A DNA stretch of 63,016 bases, filler included, from Phoronis australis (Eukaryota; Animalia; Phoronida), in the NCBI GenBank assembly GCA_002633005.1. It is 10 parts of 10 records of this genome, joined end to end, with 100 filler letters (N's around TTAATTAATTAA, not from the genome) between each part and the next. Parts side by side here need not be neighbours in the genome. Positions count along the whole stretch, not along the records: positions 4,729 to 34,012 come from NMRA01000936.1; positions 34,113 to 37,666 come from NMRA01002962.1; 8 more parts are not named here. One strand, 5' to 3'. This document shows, one piece after another, positions 24,759 to 36,186 of the stretch. The position numbers were made by a program, and so were the translations under genes. The stretch's first letter is position 1; every line of letters begins with the position of its first letter. The notes under the pieces were generated by a model. It saw nothing but the letters and a program-made list of their open reading frames with translations, made no database searches and was not told where the DNA came from.

Positions 24759-26823
24759 GAATAGAAAATTGAGGACACAAAAACAGCCACACCTGAAGTG
24801 TAAAGCATGAACTTTGAGTGACCGGATGGAAAGACGTCAGGTGAACCTTGAGCCCACAGAGTAGTATCAGCAGCTCAGTTTGGGTAGAGAAGATCAAGAG
24901 GAAGAATTGTACTCGCCTCATATTTTAAAGCCACATGGATGTACCAGACCATTATAATTATTATTTACCTTCACGCTAATAGAAATGTTACGGCAAGATC
25001 ATGCGTTTTTTTTGTCGAAGACAAAGTTTGTGTTTATATCCAGGGCATGGCATCCGTCTGTATAAGTAAGTACATCTGCTTTCACGTATGATGAAAGTTA
25101 ATTTTTTAACACGTGCGCCTACAAGCGAAACACCAGTTGTGTGATTTTTGCTCAGAAAGGGCATTTTTTCTAACATAGGCGCAAAGCCATCGTACACTCG
25201 AATGCGGTAATGGGATAAACATACGCTCATCAGTTGATTTGCAAAATGTAAATCTTAGCTCATAAAATTGGTTTCGTACTAATCCTGATTAGGCCGCCTT
25301 GATATCCGTTGACACAGAAAACGTCAGCGTCTCGAGGAAACTCGTGGGGTTGATGGTTTACACAAAAGCTGGGACTTCAAAAATAAGCGTACGCATTACC
25401 TGCGATTCGACTTGTTAGCTCATTCAACAATTGAGAATCGTTTAAGTGTGGCAATGTTTTTAAACCCCTTTAGCTAAGCCAGTAACTGGTAAAGCTCCAA
25501 GATTTTTCAGTCAAAACTGAGATTAACACAGAAACGTTTTTCTTTGCTCTTCAAGACACTGTATAATGAACATTGTTTTGGAAAACGAACAGTATATTCA
25601 CTTCCAAAGTTGCATTAGATTGATCGTTTGTTCTGTGAACTAAAGGTCCGTGGTAGTCGGTCGTAACATATGTGGGCAGGTACAGAAATACGACCAATTG
25701 TATAATGAACGAATGCGTTTTTGGTCAATTCAGTCTTCGTTGCAACACTGGCGTTCTGAGAAAACGTGACGTCATGACATTTTGATGTCCCCAAAAAGAA
25801 CCAGACATGATGTATATCGTTTAAAAATTGAAGTCGTAGATCAGACGTCATAGTCTTTCCCTCAGGGTTTTCCTACCATTAAATAAGCAAGGACTATTCA
25901 CGAACTGCAGATAAGCACTGATAAGACAAGTTATCGGCCCAGATACAACTGAAGTGTTAATTACGTGAAATGTTCGTTTTATTTGTTATAAAACCAATAA
26001 CAAGAGCAACAACAATCAGAACTATCACAGATCATCAGATAATAAAATACGATGACCACAGTAACAAGTACAAACAACAACTCACATCCAAGTGATACAG
26101 ATCTTCACTTAAAAGGATACCAAACCTTGTTTTATTAAACCTTGCTTTAGCAGATATTGATTACAACTAGATCACCTAAATCATTGGAAAACACAAATAA
26201 TGTATTGTGGCTCTTTTGATCCCCCAGTCTGAAACAGAATTGAAAATTCCTTAATGATACGTGTATCTCTTTTACAATAAATTCCGTTGTTTTCTTAGAT
26301 ATGCATTCATTCATGGCAAAATAGGTGAGAATTTCAAATATATTCCGTCTTACTCTTACATTTTCGGAAGCCCTTCCCAGCACATGAAACTTGTTTTCTT
26401 GCGATGTGTCAATCAAACCTAATTTCGCGCCAAATTTGTCCCAAAATGCAAAGTCCTGTTGTTCATTAGTAGACTAGGCCGTTCGTTGTAAGCAGATCGA
26501 GGTGTTGTCCAGTATACTATCCAATTATTGAGGTTTTGCCAAGTCAGGAGTGCTACCAACGGTTTGGGCCACTTAATTAATTGGATGCTGTAGGGAAAGA
26601 ACGTGCACCTTGAATCACAGCCCTTTGAGTGACACAGAGAAGAGCTGTTTTAACTCAGAAGTGCATTCTGTTGACCAAGTTTCTTGCCAGAAAAAGCGAA
26701 ATCAAACAAGACCACGATAAATCAGACAGGTGAAAAGTGAATGTTCCGGGAATATGCTCCAGACCTTACTAGTGCAACCTACGACGGCCACTGAAGTGAT
26801 TTGTCGATGAGGTTGTAATGTTG

Positions 26824-26899
26824 AATTATGGGATAGAATTCATAAATTATGGAATAGAATTCATAAATTATGGAATAGAATTCATAAATTATGGAATAG
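26824..26899. repeat. 21-bp minisatellite x3.5
   Basis: AATTATGGAATAGAATTCATA units. Confidence 0.9.
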
Positions 26900-27529
26900 T
26901 ATACACTGTTTTCATTCCAAGCATACATTTTTGCTGAAATTGTAAGCTAATGTCTTCGGTCTACCAACGCACGCTTGCTTGGCTGAATACCCGCTTTTAT
27001 AACTATTGGAAGAACCATTTGTATGAAAGGTAACTGAATTAATTTTGATAAAATTGGACAAAACACCCTATAGTATCCCTTTAAATTAGCACTCACTTCA
27101 CTGCATAGAAAAATGCAGAATTACAAAAACACATTTGTACTTTTCCTTGGAAGATAAAAACTGTATCAAACATATAAGAATATTAATCAACAAAGTCGAA
27201 GCTATCTGCCCAACCTTGTTTAGTAACTAAATAAGAATAAAAGAGCATTTTGGGGAAAAACAACTGGAGAAAGGAGTACAAAATTGACTAACACCTAGTT
27301 CTAACAAAGAACATAAAATCTTAAGTACTGGTTAAGATTAATAGGAAAATTTCAAAAATACAACCATTAGTTTTTACATCAAATGTCATAATAACAATAA
27401 AACCCATATTTGCATAAATAATCTAGTAGGTCAGACAGAATATTTACAAGCATATTTTATCTAACTTTTCATAGAATCTTGAAAACACCAACATGAATGA
27501 ATAACAAGACAAAGATTACAACAATAAAA

Positions 27530-27609
27530 GTATCAACAGCAACAACAAGAATAACAACAACAACAAGAAGAGCAACAATAACAACAAGAGCAACAACAAC
27601 AAAACAACA
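27530..27609. repeat. degenerate (AAC)n microsatellite
   Basis: caacaacaagaataacaacaacaacaagaagagcaacaataacaac... Confidence 0.85.
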
Positions 27610-28342
27610 TTCTTTTAAAAGATGTTCCAGGAAACAGATTGTACAACAGTTGAAGTTCTGATTTTTTTCTTAATTTACCCACTCATGATTCATTTTTCAG
27701 TTTATTTACAAAAGTCTACTTCTAGCACCTATAGCTATTTATTGCTTGAGCAAAGGCATGCTTGAAAAGCTCTCTTGGACAAATAGTAACATCTTAATGG
27801 CCATGAGAATTTTTCTCTTTGAATCAGGCCAAACAGGCTGTTCATTTGCTAGTCTAGAGTAAGGTCAAATATCACCAATTTTGGACACAGTGGCTGACAC
27901 GGGAAATTTCATTTTCTCGTTATTTCTAGGATAGCTCAATGCCGTATCTACCATGAGTTTCGAGAAAACATGGGCCTTCATAATTACATTAAAAGCTTTT
28001 GAAAATGAGAATGGGGCAATTTTAGTTTTCCCAAATTGGTGAGGTGCTACCATGTGTTGTAGAGATTAGTGCTTTGATGGTTATACTCTGCTCACAATTG
28101 ACAAATTAAATACCAGACACCAAAAGAAAATCAACACCAAAGTAAAATTATAGTGCCATTACAATTGCTGCCAGATTTACAAAGAACGGTGTACTTCTTC
28201 ATCAACTGTTTTTCAATAAATAAAATAAATGAAGACAAACTCAGATTAACAGTGTTATGAAAAAATAACAACTGAGTTTGGATTGGTCCACCATTGCATG
28301 CCTACAGTCGTGTTTTACAATTTGTTACTTTTATGTCCCAAA

Positions 28343-28834
28343 CTACTCTTCAAGGCACACATTGGGCACCACAGCATCATTGCAAGAATGCAAGTCTCGA
28401 GCGTATTCAATGTCTGAATCTTCATATGTTCCTTGGCTGTCTGGTAAACTTTCTACGTCACTGTCTCCACTGTCTGGCACCTCTTGAGACTGGACATCGG
28501 ACCAATGGGAATACTGCGACAGTTGAGGTGATCCTGGTGGGGTCCTAGAAAGGCGGGGCCTCAGCTGAACAGGAAGCTCATTTTCCCAGTTGACAAGTCC
28601 CAATGGGTCTTCCAAGTCTAATTCACTTCCGTCAGAGGTAAAGTCTGTCAGGGCATGGTTCTGAGAATCTTGGGAGAAATCCAAGGTTTCGAAGCAGTGC
28701 AAGTCAATGTACTCTAGGGACTGGTTCTCAATTGTTGTCCGGCTGTATAGATCAGGGGAGCTAAATCCTGAATCGGACAATAGCTGTTGTTTCACTTCAG
28801 AAAGAGGAGAATTTGGGATGGAAGAATGAGACAT
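28343..28834 (-). CDS. orphan acidic Ser/Asp-rich protein (163 aa) or terminal exon
   Basis: Uninterrupted 163-codon ORF with protein-like composition, starting exactly after a ccttttttAG acceptor; no domain recognised. Confidence 0.6.
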   Translation of the reverse strand: MSHSSIPNSPLSEVKQQLLSDSGFSSPDLYSRTTIENQSLEYIDLHCFETLDFSQDSQNHALTDFTSDGSELDLEDPLGLVNWENELPVQLRPRLSRTPPGSPQLSQYSHWSDVQSQEVPDSGDSDVESLPDSQGTYEDSDIEYARDLHSCNDAVVPNVCLEE

Positions 28835-30220
28835 CTAAAAAAGGATAACAAGTTACAGTTTATTTGACAAATAACTAAATGCAATAAAACCTGTGATAAA
28901 AGGTGTGTCCTTTGTTAATTTTTGTTTTGCTTGGATTTTTCCATACTGACCAAAAATGTTTAGCAATTTCCCTACAGTACCTGCCGTTCACATTTTCACT
29001 CAAATAAATTGGACATTTTTCTGTATAAATCACACAAGTGCCATGGTAACCCAGTAGTCATTGAAATTTGCAAAAAATTCTGTTTTTACTTGCTAAAAAC
29101 AAGGAAGGTACTTTTTCAATCTGAAAATAAATAAGATATGTGATTAGAGTTAGTATGAACAAATTTGACCAGAACATGTATATAATTTTGACACAACCAA
29201 CTACAAAATTGGTCTCAAGTTGTACTCACATCTGAAGTGACTTCTGGGCTTCAGCCTATGCTTAGCACATAAAATGATCAGCACTGACAAGTCAACATGC
29301 AGACTCTGGTCTTAAGCAACAACAAGTGGTCACTGAGTTCTTTCAAACTCTTAAGTCACCTCTAGTTTGACTAAGAAACAGTTTGAGACCTGAATTTCAT
29401 AACTGTAAGACAAAGTGGTCTAAATCTATTTTTTTGTGATCGAAGGCATGTTGATAGCCACTTTAAACTATTAACGTGCCACAAGATATGTCATGAACTT
29501 TTCAAAAATAATTGATACTTGGGGTACCATATTCTTCAAATATAGCATGAGATGTATATACCCAAGGCAGATACATGCTGTTTGACATTCAAGTTCCTCT
29601 TTGTGAAGCAAATAACACTCTTCTTTAACCTGTTAAAAATACAAGTGCAAATGCTGGTGGATTTTTTTTTATATCGGGCTTTTGCCGAGATTTACAACCT
29701 GCTAATTTACATATTGAATTCATAAAACTAAAAGATTATCTGATCCATGGATGTATATGAAGGTTAACTGGTAGAGGCCGACTGATCAATAGCACGGTGT
29801 AGCCAGATACTTCAAAGACCATGCCGGAGGTGAAAGGGGTCCTCATTGCCATCAATTCCCACCCCGGCCGAGATGATTGCCACATTCACCTTCACCCGTT
29901 TTGCCACCACCAATTCTCCCATTCACATCCCATTCTCCCTGAAGTGGCACCCCAATTATTTCACAAACTCAGACAAATTTCAAGAGACGAATCCTTTGGT
30001 AACTTTTGGGGTTTTGTTACCCCAATGTCTAAGCGAGTCTAAGCCAGACAATGACTAACACGTCCTAATCAATTTGGCAAACTAATCGATGCTTAGTCCA
30101 TAATTCTGAAGACTATTAAGTAATTTCTGTTATAATGCATCCATTTTGAAATATATGCTGTTACTTAGCTAGGCCTACTTCTCAATTTTTAAAGAGTGCC
30201 ATGTTGGTCGTTTGCCTTAC

Positions 30221-30960
30221 TTATTGTTCTTTTTTGAGTTTGAAACTCGTACGTTAAACAAGCGTGTTGGTTTACGACAGCAATTTATGTCATCCAGGCA
30301 CTCAAGCTGAATATAGCGACTAGCTCACTTCAATCCGTGACAGCGCCATCAAGTCTTTGATGTGCCGAGTAATTCGCTGGATATTTTGGGGTGCGTGCTT
30401 TCTCGTCCACTTGCGTGCAAATCCTGTTAGCGTATGATAAGCATTCGGTCACCGACGCCACTATAGTACAGATCCCCGGCAAATTATGGTCCACGGATAT
30501 AAAAAGCGTTCTCGTGCGGCGTTTACCGGTTATGAAAATGCCTCCACTCTCTTCAAGTTCAAACCCAATCATGCAAAAGTGAAGAGACGTCCACGCAAAT
30601 GGCCATGGCAACCGAATAACAAATTCGTCTATTCGCTGTCGTCCGTGCGGGTTGCCGACTAGGACTGGACCGAATAGCGGGCAATTTAATGAAAGGTGCG
30701 AACTAGTGAAAAAGTCACAGAGACCTAGATACTGCGATATTGGATTTTGACTCCAAAATCTAAACCAGTCCCCGCCGTCCAGATCCGCGGCACGGCTATC
30801 ACCGCGTAGGTACCGTCAGCGAGGAACACTTGATAAAAGAATCGGGGGAAAAAGAAACTGGTAAAGGTCAGGTGACGTAATCGCAAAAAACCAACTCAAG
30901 AGAACACATCACAATTTTAGCAGCAGCCGATGAGCGATCGCTAACTTTTCCAATACCGGT
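30221..30960. promoter_or_regulatory. CpG-rich promoter-like region; candidate 5'UTR exon of the 163-aa gene
   Basis: Elevated CpG/GC, CRE-like GTGACGTAA near 30872; minus-strand GTAAGG donor at 30220. Confidence 0.35.
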
Positions 30961-32139
30961 AAATACAGAAGTTAGTTTACTCTAGGAACCTGGTTCCTAT
31001 GTTTACTCACGGATGAGATTAGTTTTAATGACATTAAGTCAGACTTTATTTGTCCATTTTTAACCATATTGGCTCTTGAAAACCTGTAGGCCTATATTTA
31101 GTATATAACTTTGGGCCAAGGCTTGGGTAACCCGACGATGGTATGCGATGACCATCCCTTTAGAAGACACCTTTTTCGAAGAGTTTGAGCAAGCAGGTGC
31201 CATACAAAAGGGCATAGCGGACCTTTTACAGCACTGTGGCAAACAGTAAAAAATAAGGACGATTGATACAATGATAAATTACGATGTAAACTCTTCAAAA
31301 TATGACATAAGCAATGGATGTGTAAAGCAGCCTGTACCCCGCCATTCACGTCACTGACACATCAGAAAATCAGCGATCGCTTTCAGAATTCAGTGTTTTA
31401 ACTATGAATACGAATCGGCTTTTGTTTGGCACGCAAGACAGGCAAATATGAGTTTTATTTGTATGTTGGAACCGATTAACTGCAACATTATTTTGACTAC
31501 AGTCCCCTTTTAAGGCTACGTTAGATGCCATTCAAAACATTATCAGCATACCACTTTTGGGCTAATGTGCATTTTTCTTTTGCAAATTCCTAGACCCTAT
31601 AGTGAGAGGAATATATTGAAGGAATTACTTTGCAGGCTAGCCACAGTTTTCAGGCTGTCCAGTCAGCTATGAAAAGAATCCTACGTTAACACCCTCACCG
31701 GTCGAGACTGGGCAACTCAACACAAAGATACAAGACACCATGGAGTTGTAGGCAATTACATCACCTCTGGACGTCACAGTCTGCTGATGTAATCGTTCTT
31801 AATTAGATCCATCATAAACACACTGGGGTGATAAAATTATTGTTTACATTTTCGTTTTAAAAGTTTTAAATAGCACAGTTGAACAGTTTGCTAAAGTACA
31901 TTTGGTTAGTTTTTTAATATTTAAAAGTAGACAAGAAATGTGACAGTGATAGCAAGGGGAAAAAGTCAACAATCATTGTCTGCATTCATCTGATAAGCTC
32001 ACATAACCCAGAAATTATGACTTTATGACTCGTGTAAACAGTGCGCCCGACGCTATATTTAAAAATACCATATCCAAATGACGTTCAGCAAATGTCGTGA
32101 AGAAGATGTGTTTTGTATGAAATACTATCACCAATAAAA

Positions 32140-32350
32140 CTTTGAAAGGAGAAAAACGGTTGACTTACAGAGAAATTAGACTTTAACATCTAACTGCTGA
32201 TTCCTTCGTGTGAATGTAAGCTCTGACCCTGTAACTACCACAGTATTGAGTACCAACACAATAGGCTTTTTATCTAATGTGATACCAGATCAGATCGTGA
32301 TGTTGGAAATTTCTTGGCTTTAAAGAGTCCAGGGGAATGGTATGTAACAA
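32140..32350. repeat. dispersed repeat, inverted copy at ~41175-41345
   Basis: Shared GATCAGATCGTGATGTTGGAAATTTCTTGG...AGTCCAGGGGAAT...ATGTAACA segment. Confidence 0.75.
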
Positions 32351-32781
32351 GGACAATCCTATTGAATATGGAGCCAAACAGAAATTTGGTTTTCAAAAGT
32401 TGTCACCTAATAAAAGCGGGGGGGGGGGCAACTTAAAGCTGCATTATGTATTGGTCACTTGGCATTAGTTTGGATACCTGATATCACATAAAATATTGGC
32501 ATGTCTATGTGTAACACTGAGAAAGGGTTGCAATATTACCTGACAAAAACAACAAGTAAACACTAATAAACATATATAAAGCACAAACGAAACATGGGTT
32601 ATTGGTAAAAATGGTCAATTGCTTTTTCTCAAACAGAAAATCATTGATCTTAATGCAGTGAAAACCACATCAACATTGTGATCACTTGTCACTGAAGGAT
32701 CAACACAACCACTCAGTGGCACAAACAAAAGTCACTGCTTAACATTGCAATCGCCATCTGTTGGAAGTCGAGCAAACTTAC

Positions 32782-32837
32782 TTGGATTGAATGTGGAATT
32801 ACAGCTTGATAATCCGAACCAACTCGCATTTGTCCCT
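32782..32837 (-). pseudogene. RCOR: CoREST/RCOR-like exon, start of ELM2 domain (1-nt deletion near 3' end)
   Basis: tttttCAG acceptor and GTAAGT donor; (E)GQMRVGSDYQAVIP then CA TTC AAT CCA A (restores IPxFNP if one base is added), cf. RCOR MRVG..YQA.[VI]P.F[DN]P. Confidence 0.7.
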
Positions 32838-32932
32838 CTGAAAAACAAAAATAAAAGGATACTCAGAGCTGTGAATCGAAGAAAGTCACTTCACTTTAAC
32901 ACTCCTATTTCTTGGACTGCAGGTAAACTTAC

Positions 32933-32976
32933 CAGGTTCGGGATCGGAGGCGCTGCTGTCGTCAGAATAGCCGTTT
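32933..32976 (-). pseudogene. RCOR: RCOR-like upstream mini-exon
   Basis: ttttAG acceptor and GTAAGT donor; NGYSDDSSASDPEP; phase joins the next exon as G|AG = E, giving the acidic segment that precedes ELM2 in CoREST. Confidence 0.6.
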
Positions 32977-35900
32977 CTAAAATACTATTGACAAAGAAAA
33001 ACAAAAATTAAAGCGCAGTCTTGAGAAACAGCAGAACTTCCCTGCTGCCGAACAATGACCGCGAATAACACTTTGCAGTATTAAGGCGCTCAGAAAAATA
33101 GTTCTTAATCAATTTTCAGAGTACAATAAATTAAGAACAAATTTTTCAGTTACAACGATTAACGGTCGCATATAGATTTTAATAATCTTAGTGTGTGCAA
33201 AATTGGAATAGGATTGTGCGAAAAACCTTAAAACATTCTTATGTAAATATCCCTCCGCCATTTAAGAAAACTACGTACATGTATTTTAAATCGATTTATA
33301 TTTCAAATATATCGTAGCGTTTTCTTTTTGATGAACAATAGAGACGATGACTAAAGCAGACAAATGAATCCTTACTGGGATATTCTATCTAAAATACATT
33401 CTTGTTACATATTCTAAAGTCTTAAACGTGCCAGATAACACTTGTTTATTACCGAAGTAGGTTAGCGTGTTCTTGTTTGCCACCATATGTACCGAAGACG
33501 TGTTTTCGTACGTTTCCCTTGTACCCCTGAATGACTGGAACCGTGCAACGTTTAAACGATTCTAAAATAAACCATTTCTTTCAGCAATCCATTCAACGGC
33601 ATAAAATCAACCAAAATGCCACAGACTTAAACCAATTTTGCCATTGGTACTACTTGCCTTTGCATTGTCCATCTAAAGACACCATACAATTTGACGTAGT
33701 GGTTCGCGAAATGAGTGACGTACCACTCGCTGAACTCCGTTTCATACTGAGTTCAACAAAGCGCCAGTGGTTGACGTGTTGATTGTTTGCCAACACGAAT
33801 TCGTATTCGCAGCAATTTGTTCTGAGATCAAAGGAACACGATGCATTAGCTTCATCTTCACACAATCACGCCGGGCGTATCGAAACAATGAAGTGGGTGG
33901 TCCACTAGTAGTGGCAGGCTCGAACTGACTGAAGGCCAGTCACAACGCGGAGGCCGCGGTAGGCCCCGGGGTATCGGGCCGAGTCACGGTGACGGCTAGA
34001 CCTTGAACGCCGNNNNNNNNNNNNNNNNNNNNNNNNNNNNNNNNNNNNNNNNNNNNTTAATTAATTAANNNNNNNNNNNNNNNNNNNNNNNNNNNNNNNN
34101 NNNNNNNNNNNNGCCATTGTCACTCTTAACATACATGCACCCGCCCCCTCAACATACCCACCCACTTTTAGTAGAATGTTGTCAGGCAAAAGTTATGGTT
34201 AACTAGTTTCTCCAGGTTGCATGGTATTCATCTAAACTACCATTATTTAATAAAATTCTTCTTTGAATATAAAATTCTCTTTCTAATATCTTAAGGAAAT
34301 GGCAGAAACTGGGGATTATTTTTACACCTGAATAGATAAATAAATTGTTCTAATTGCAAAAGTATCCAATTTAAAACTTCATTTTCATTACATATGGGCA
34401 TGCCAAAAATCACTGTTTTTTGTCAATAACCATATTTATACCTTTTACCAACAACACCCAACTACGCGATTCTTCTATCATTTTTTTATATTATGGCATC
34501 CGAAAAGGATGTGGTCCACTGTTTCAGTTTGTGATTGGCAGATTATACATCAGAGACCACCAAGTTAATATTTTGAGAAAACAGTTTGTTACAAGTATTC
34601 TATGTAATAGTTTAAAATGCAGTGTACATAACTTGATATCCTATTAAGAACTTTTGTTGCTATCGATGTCGTTATTTATAGTTATTGTCGAATTCGTTGA
34701 AGGTTGAGTGATAGTGCTGGTGCATTGCTGTCACATGTGGTTTTGTCAAGTTTCATTGAAACCTGTCAATTGGTTGTATTATTATTGTTATTATTGTTGT
34801 TATTGTTGTTGCTATTGTCATCGTAGTTAATTGGTATACTCATTATACTTTTACTTTTTTGTTTTTTGGTGGATTCTAGTATAGCACCAATTTTAGCTTA
34901 ACGTTTTACAAAGACAGCAATGGAAAACACAAAATCAAGCAAGTCTACAACCCTCTGATTTTGTCGTGTACAATAGATGTATAGCAAAGTTGATTGAAAA
35001 GTTTACAATTAACTCTCATATAGGCAGGTATTCAGCATTTCAACCTAATAAGTCGTATATGACTTACAGGATTGATATAGCAGCATGTCTGATTTCACTC
35101 TGAAGCATTTTGGCTGGGTTGTAATTTTGACAACCTTGAGAATTTTTAATTTACATGCAAATTAAAACCAAACCACGTTTTTGGCCTATTAACAAATAGA
35201 AAAAACGACTTTCTTATCCAGTTCTCAGAAACAAAATAATGCTGTGTAACCCTCGACAACCCTCAACAGTTTGGAGAAAAATTTAGAAATCTCCTTTCAA
35301 AGTCTGCTAAGTGGGCAAGCGTGCTTTACACTTTTAGCGAATTACACGCCAAGTTTGGGAAAATACCAACTGCCAAGAACGAAAATGTCCAGTCTGTGAC
35401 GTAGGGAGTATGAGTTTTTAATTGATTCCTGCCTTTAACTCAGACAATTAACACCAATGATGCATTTTCAGGTGATATAACGAGGTTTGGTTAAAGTCAT
35501 CAAAACAGTTTTGTATAGTTTTCAGATGACCATTGTGCAAAATTCTGCTAGCTTTTTGCTTTTAACTTTGTTACCATGGTAAGCACCATAAGTAGGTTCT
35601 CTTGCTGTTTCACCAAACTGTTTGCAAGGTCAGTGAATTTTAGGAAGCTAGTTCGCACAGGGATAAATTGTGAATTTATATTCTTTATGCAAATTAAGGT
35701 CCCTGTCATTTAAAAATTTTGTGCTTATAGGTGAGGTACTGAGCACCACAGGTAATTGATATTCAAATTTACATCCATTTTTCTATGGTCAATTAATGAA
35801 GCTAGTTTGCTAGCGCGGTTGCTCGCAAATTAACTCGTCTTATGCAATAATGCTTTCCATTATTTGAAGTTTTGTTTCTGAGGCAATGACTGTTGTACGC

Positions 35901-36008
35901 AACGGTTTTTAAAATTCCCTTGTGATGAGAACATGTTCCGTGTGTCACTGGGTTGCTCTCTGATTTGCTTCCTGCTGATAAGCAATATGATAAGAATTGG
36001 GAAATAGA

Positions 36009-36186
36009 GTAGTTACCTATTGGTGACCTGTTTGTATTTGAGGAACTAGCTTTCGGGGCCGTCCTGGGCCCTTCGTCGGGGTACTTGTGGGAATCTTTGT
36101 GTCAAACACCACCTGGTGGGTATTACGTGAGAGGAGACCCGAAAGCTAGGTCCTCAAATACAAACAGGTCGGCAATAGGTTACTAC
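36009..36186. mobile_element. MITE with ~49-bp terminal inverted repeats
   Basis: GTAGTTACCTATTGGTGACCTGTTTGTATTTGAGGAACTAGCTTTCGGG ... CCCGAAAGCTAGGTCCTCAAATACAAACAGGTCGGCAATAGGTTACTAC (4 mismatches); TTAA close to the right end. Confidence 0.8.

Larger units (their letters stand above)
4900..24921 (-). pseudogene. possible decayed giant-exon gene for a Gly-rich repetitive secreted precursor (contains the array)
   Basis: Hydrophobic ATG exon (24921-24793, CAG|GTGTGG) and small exon(s) at 24732-24668; then quasi-open minus frames with SFNKQSRSRAKRDC (24202-24240) and Gly-rich tracts (SGGSSEGSGGGATG, GGNSGEANGGTLGIGGVLG); many stops and frameshifts. Confidence 0.35.

Noticed and set aside
30982-30998. 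Palindrome TAGGAACC-T-GGTTCCTA (similar motif near 57890)
   Set aside because: Too short; no TSD or context to assign a function.
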